DNA of 57,227 nucleotides, filler included, from Bipalium vagum (taxonomy: Eukaryota): assembly GCA_037834085.1 (NCBI GenBank). It is 3 parts of 3 records of this genome, joined end to end, with 100 filler letters (N's around TTAATTAATTAA, not from the genome) between each part and the next. Parts side by side here need not be neighbours in the genome. Positions count along the whole stretch, not along the records: positions 38,346 to 57,227 come from JBBMKC010016686.1; 2 more parts are not named here. One strand, written 5' to 3'. Below are positions 53,331-57,227 of the stretch, piece after piece. The notes beneath the pieces were generated by a model. It did no database searches, was not told the origin of the DNA, and saw only the letters and a list, made by a program, of their open reading frames with translations. Position 1 is the first letter of the stretch, and the number at the start of each line of letters is the position of its first letter. The translations under genes and the position numbers were made by a program.

Positions 53331-54507
53331 CAGTTTCTCAAAGTATGAAATTTATTTAAATAAATAATTTTAATTTTTGTAAAACCATTCAAGTTTACGG
53401 TTAATATTTAACGGATGAAGAAAATAAAATCATATTAGTAATGTTCAATCAAGATGATACCTATCGGAATATCGCTGAGAAATAAAAAGTCTTCGACTTC
53501 AATTTTTAAATTTTTTCAAACATTTCTAACAGAGGGAAGATTGAATGAAGTTGAACGTACCGGATGTTTAAGAATTACAACAACAAGGACTGGTCGGTAT
53601 ATTATTACAGTATCAGCTTAAACCTTTTCAACTGCCGCAAACATAGGTTATACCTTGATAAATGAGTCTAAAGAAGAAAGTCTTTGGAAACTATTTGTTG
53701 GCATTTGAGCGATGGTGGTAAACTGGGCGTGTTGCTCGTAAAATTCATTATGTTAGTAAAGTTAATAAGGTTAAAATAATTAGATTTTATCATGAACATG
53801 CCCTTAAACCACTTAATTTTTTGTCTAAGATATTATGGACAAATGAATCAATGATACGCTTAAAACACAGTCACGGCCAGCTTTATGTCTGGAGAAAAAG
53901 TAATGAATCATTACACTATAAATTCACCAAACCAACGTTGAAAGCTTATGAAAGTGATATAATGGTATGGGGTTGCATTTCAACTAATGGTGTTGGTAAG
54001 ATTATGATTTAAGACGGAAAAATATCAGATACCTATATCAATATATTGAAAGATGTAGCCACCCAGGATGGCCAGAGACTGATTGGATCAGATTTTATAT
54101 CAACAAGACAATGCGCCGATCTATAAAACCAAAAAAGCCATAAAATACCTTTCCAGAGAAAATGTAAGTATTCTTCAATGGCCGCCAAAGTTGAGACTTG
54201 TCTCCGATCGAAAATCTTTTTGCTATATTTAAGAAACGCATAAATGACCAACAACCAATATATATCGCTGAATTAAGAATCTGTTTGTTTGTATGAAATC
54301 TCTGGAAAGTTTTTATGCAATGCACAGGTTGTCTTTTGATATTATTTAAGAAAAAATTTTCTTTCTATCATTTTAATTTTAATATTTAATATAGAATTAT
54401 CAAAGTATATTTTGGAACAATCATTAAAAAGTATAATTCATTTTAGTTAGCATAATTCAATTTTATATAGATTAAACATAGGGTTAACTTACTTTTGGGA
54501 ACAACTG
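53331..54507 (+). mobile_element. Decayed Tc1-like element
   Basis: Ends CAGTTTCTCAAAGTA / TACTTTTGGGAACAACTG-TA; GRVARK, ILWTNES, IMVWGCISTNGVGK, YQQDNAP, DLSPIENL. Confidence 0.8.
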
Positions 54508-57158
54508 TATGCTAGAACTTAACTAACCATCAATACAATATTTAAAGGTTTATTCCTTAAGCGAATTTGTCATTACATTGTCAATCGAGTTGAAACAGAC
54601 TTATAATTGGAGCTACGGTATTTTCATTTGTACCCAGTTCGATGCTAATTATGCGTGGTTCCTTTCCACTTTGATATTTTCTTATTATTGTTTGACGAGT
54701 ACTGATTTCATGTTGTTTCTTATTGTTATTTATACTTGTAAAATTTTAGTTCATTTTCTTAAAAAAATGCATAGTTTAAACAATCGTTAATTTAAGTTTA
54801 AGATATGTTAATTTACACAGTAAACCCTGTAATTATGTTTGATAATTATTCAATGCAGATCTTTCAAAAACTAATATCAAACAATATCCTGTACAAAGGT
54901 GGCATGGATTCAGAGAAGTAGCTAGATAATAAGTTACTAATAAAGAAGATTGGTAGATAAATATATGAAGTTAGTATTAATCAGTTAAATAAACTTATTA
55001 ATCAAGATATTGTGAATAAGCTAGATCACATGAATTATTAAATTGAAAATGTAAGAGATCTGGAAATTCAAAAAGTAAAGTTTAAATTTAAAATTGACAT
55101 TATATAGCCTCAAAGAATATCTGTAACAGTAGATAAGGCTTTTACTAAAGAGAAGTTGAAAAAAATAAATAGGACGAAATTTAATAAAAGTTCAAATTCA
55201 ATTAGACCAGAAGTATTCATTCTATATTTAATGAAAAAGGTCAACTTTGTAAAATACTAAAAATAATTTTATTATTCATGATCAATATCAATAATAATAA
55301 ATTGTAAAAAAATAATATATTATTTTTATTTATTTATTTTAATATTTAAAACAAAAAAATATTTTTGTTTGAATTTTAAAAATATTTTGCAATAATTTCT
55401 CATAAAAGAAATAAATGAAAAATATAACCTATAGAGAAATTAATTAGCTAATTTATCATCTATTTATCATGTTTAATCTAGGTCTCATTTATTACTTTGA
55501 ATAATTATAGTGCAAATAATTTTGCTAAATAAATATTTATTATAATTTTAAATAAATTTTTTTATTATCTCAGTATCTCATCTTTCCGTGAGTTAAGAAG
55601 TTATTCATTTAATATTTCGAAAGAGTTTTGATTTTGTTGAAACTCGATCAGATAATCGTATTGTTGGCAACGTGGTAAATAATTGGTGGATTTATACCAC
55701 TTTGAGATTTCGGGCAAAAATAATAAAAAACAGACAATAGAATAATACTGAGGGTTAATGGTGATTTCGATTTTCTTTAGTTTACAAGTTTATAAGCATT
55801 GTTATCTAGGAAATTATCTAGGAATAATCAATAAAAAATGAAATAAATGAATATAGAAAAAATCATCAAAAATTTCAACTCGGTTTTATTACTGAAAATT
55901 TGTTTTGTCAGACTAAAAGTCCTTGAACTTTTACCCCCGCTCAAGTCGATGAGAAATAAATAAATTACTTTGCCTGTGTGTAAAATACACGAAATCAAAT
56001 TAAATTTCCTTTATGTAATTAAATAAAATCCATTTTAAAAATATGATAAATTTTTACTCACTTTCTCATATTTATTGAGAAAAAATTTCCAAAAATGTAT
56101 ATTTCTAAATCCAGCAAAAATAATAAAAATTAAATATAACAAAATAAATTAAATATAATTATATATTAGTTAACAAAGAATTTAAAATGATAAAAAAATA
56201 AATAAATAAAGATAATAATTAAAAAATTATATAATCGAAATTAAATATTTAAATAATAAAATATGAAAAATGTTTATCTGCTGAAATTATTGGCATAAAA
56301 TTGTGTAAAATTGTTAGCAATTATTTCAATCTAGAGGGATTTATTTTTAAATTATCTTTCTAATGGGATTCGTATTTATAATAATTTGACAGAGAATTTG
56401 ATTTATCAGAATCAGATTTCATGATTGCATGGATATCTCTCTAATGTATACCATATTTAAGGGGTTACATATTATCGACAGAAAGGATATTTTGTTTACA
56501 AAGGACAAAGAGCCGATTTATCTGTAATTAATTTTATATAAAAGTTTGAATAAAATTAGATTGCATAAGTGTTATTTTTTCATTTTAAGTTAAAATCGTT
56601 AAATAATAATAATAATAGTTTCCTGAAACAAATTATTAAGAAGTGATTGGTAAATAATATTTTTATATACACTTTGTATAATTTTAATTTGTTTTAATGA
56701 TAATATTGGAATTTTAAAAGGTAACAAAAAACTAAAATAATTTGAATTTGACACGTTTTTCATAAAAGAAGTAAATGTTAATTTGAGATGATAGTATAGA
56801 AAACGTGACATGCCACAACAAGCTTCAATAGCTTTTTCGTATGGTAAATGATTCGCTATTTTAGTACTGATGGTTGTTCAACATATTCATCAAAATTAAT
56901 CTTTTAAGTGCTAAAACTTTCTAAGTATTAATTAATATTAATATTTAATTCCTGGGTTATCCTTCACAAAGAATAACAACAATCATTCCCATTTATTGCA
57001 CCATGACACTTCCTGATAAACATTGGACAAAATATTTTTTTAAAAATTGTATCTTACATTTCATAAATAAATTTTCTGTAACTTAATAATGAATTCGTTA
57101 ATTGAGTTCGTAAAACCATTTGTTTTGTACGGTTTTCAAAGTATATATGTTATATATA

Positions 57159-57227
57159 CATGGTTGGGCTGAAAAGTCCTTAGAATGGAACCGAAAAAAT
57201 TTAAATATTGAAATGATATTTTGGATA
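57159..57227 (+). mobile_element. Possible mariner TIR at the window edge
   Basis: TA followed by CATGGTTGGGCTGAAAAGTCC; truncated by the window end. Confidence 0.35.

Overview
Very AT-rich animal genomic DNA with (ATT)n microsatellites and many 39-58 bp GT-AG introns; probably a ciliated invertebrate (inference). Two identical 100-bp artificial spacers (44 N + TTAATTAATTAA + 44 N) split the window into three segments that may not be physically adjacent. Segment 1 (1-16488) is a cluster of decayed Polinton/Maverick (adintovirus-like) pieces: several pPolB fragments, two integrase fragments, a major capsid fragment and an AGTAGT-type terminus. It also has two cargo nuclease pseudogenes absent from the ORF track: a restriction-enzyme-like PD-(D/E)xK protein placed between the terminus and pPolB, and a giant-virus-type zinc-ribbon HNH. 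The same segment holds an intronless secreted-protein gene, its pseudogene paralog, a Ty3/gypsy remnant and a piggyBac MITE. Segment 2 (16589-38245) holds the 3' part of CFAP74 (19 exons reconstructed in frame), many Tc1/mariner/pogo remnants and an antisense 28S rRNA fragment with the sarcin-ricin loop. Segment 3 (38346-57227) holds part of a PDZRN3/4-like gene on the minus strand, a tRNA-Ala-derived sequence and more transposon debris. All family assignments come from manual translation and motif recall; no searches were run.
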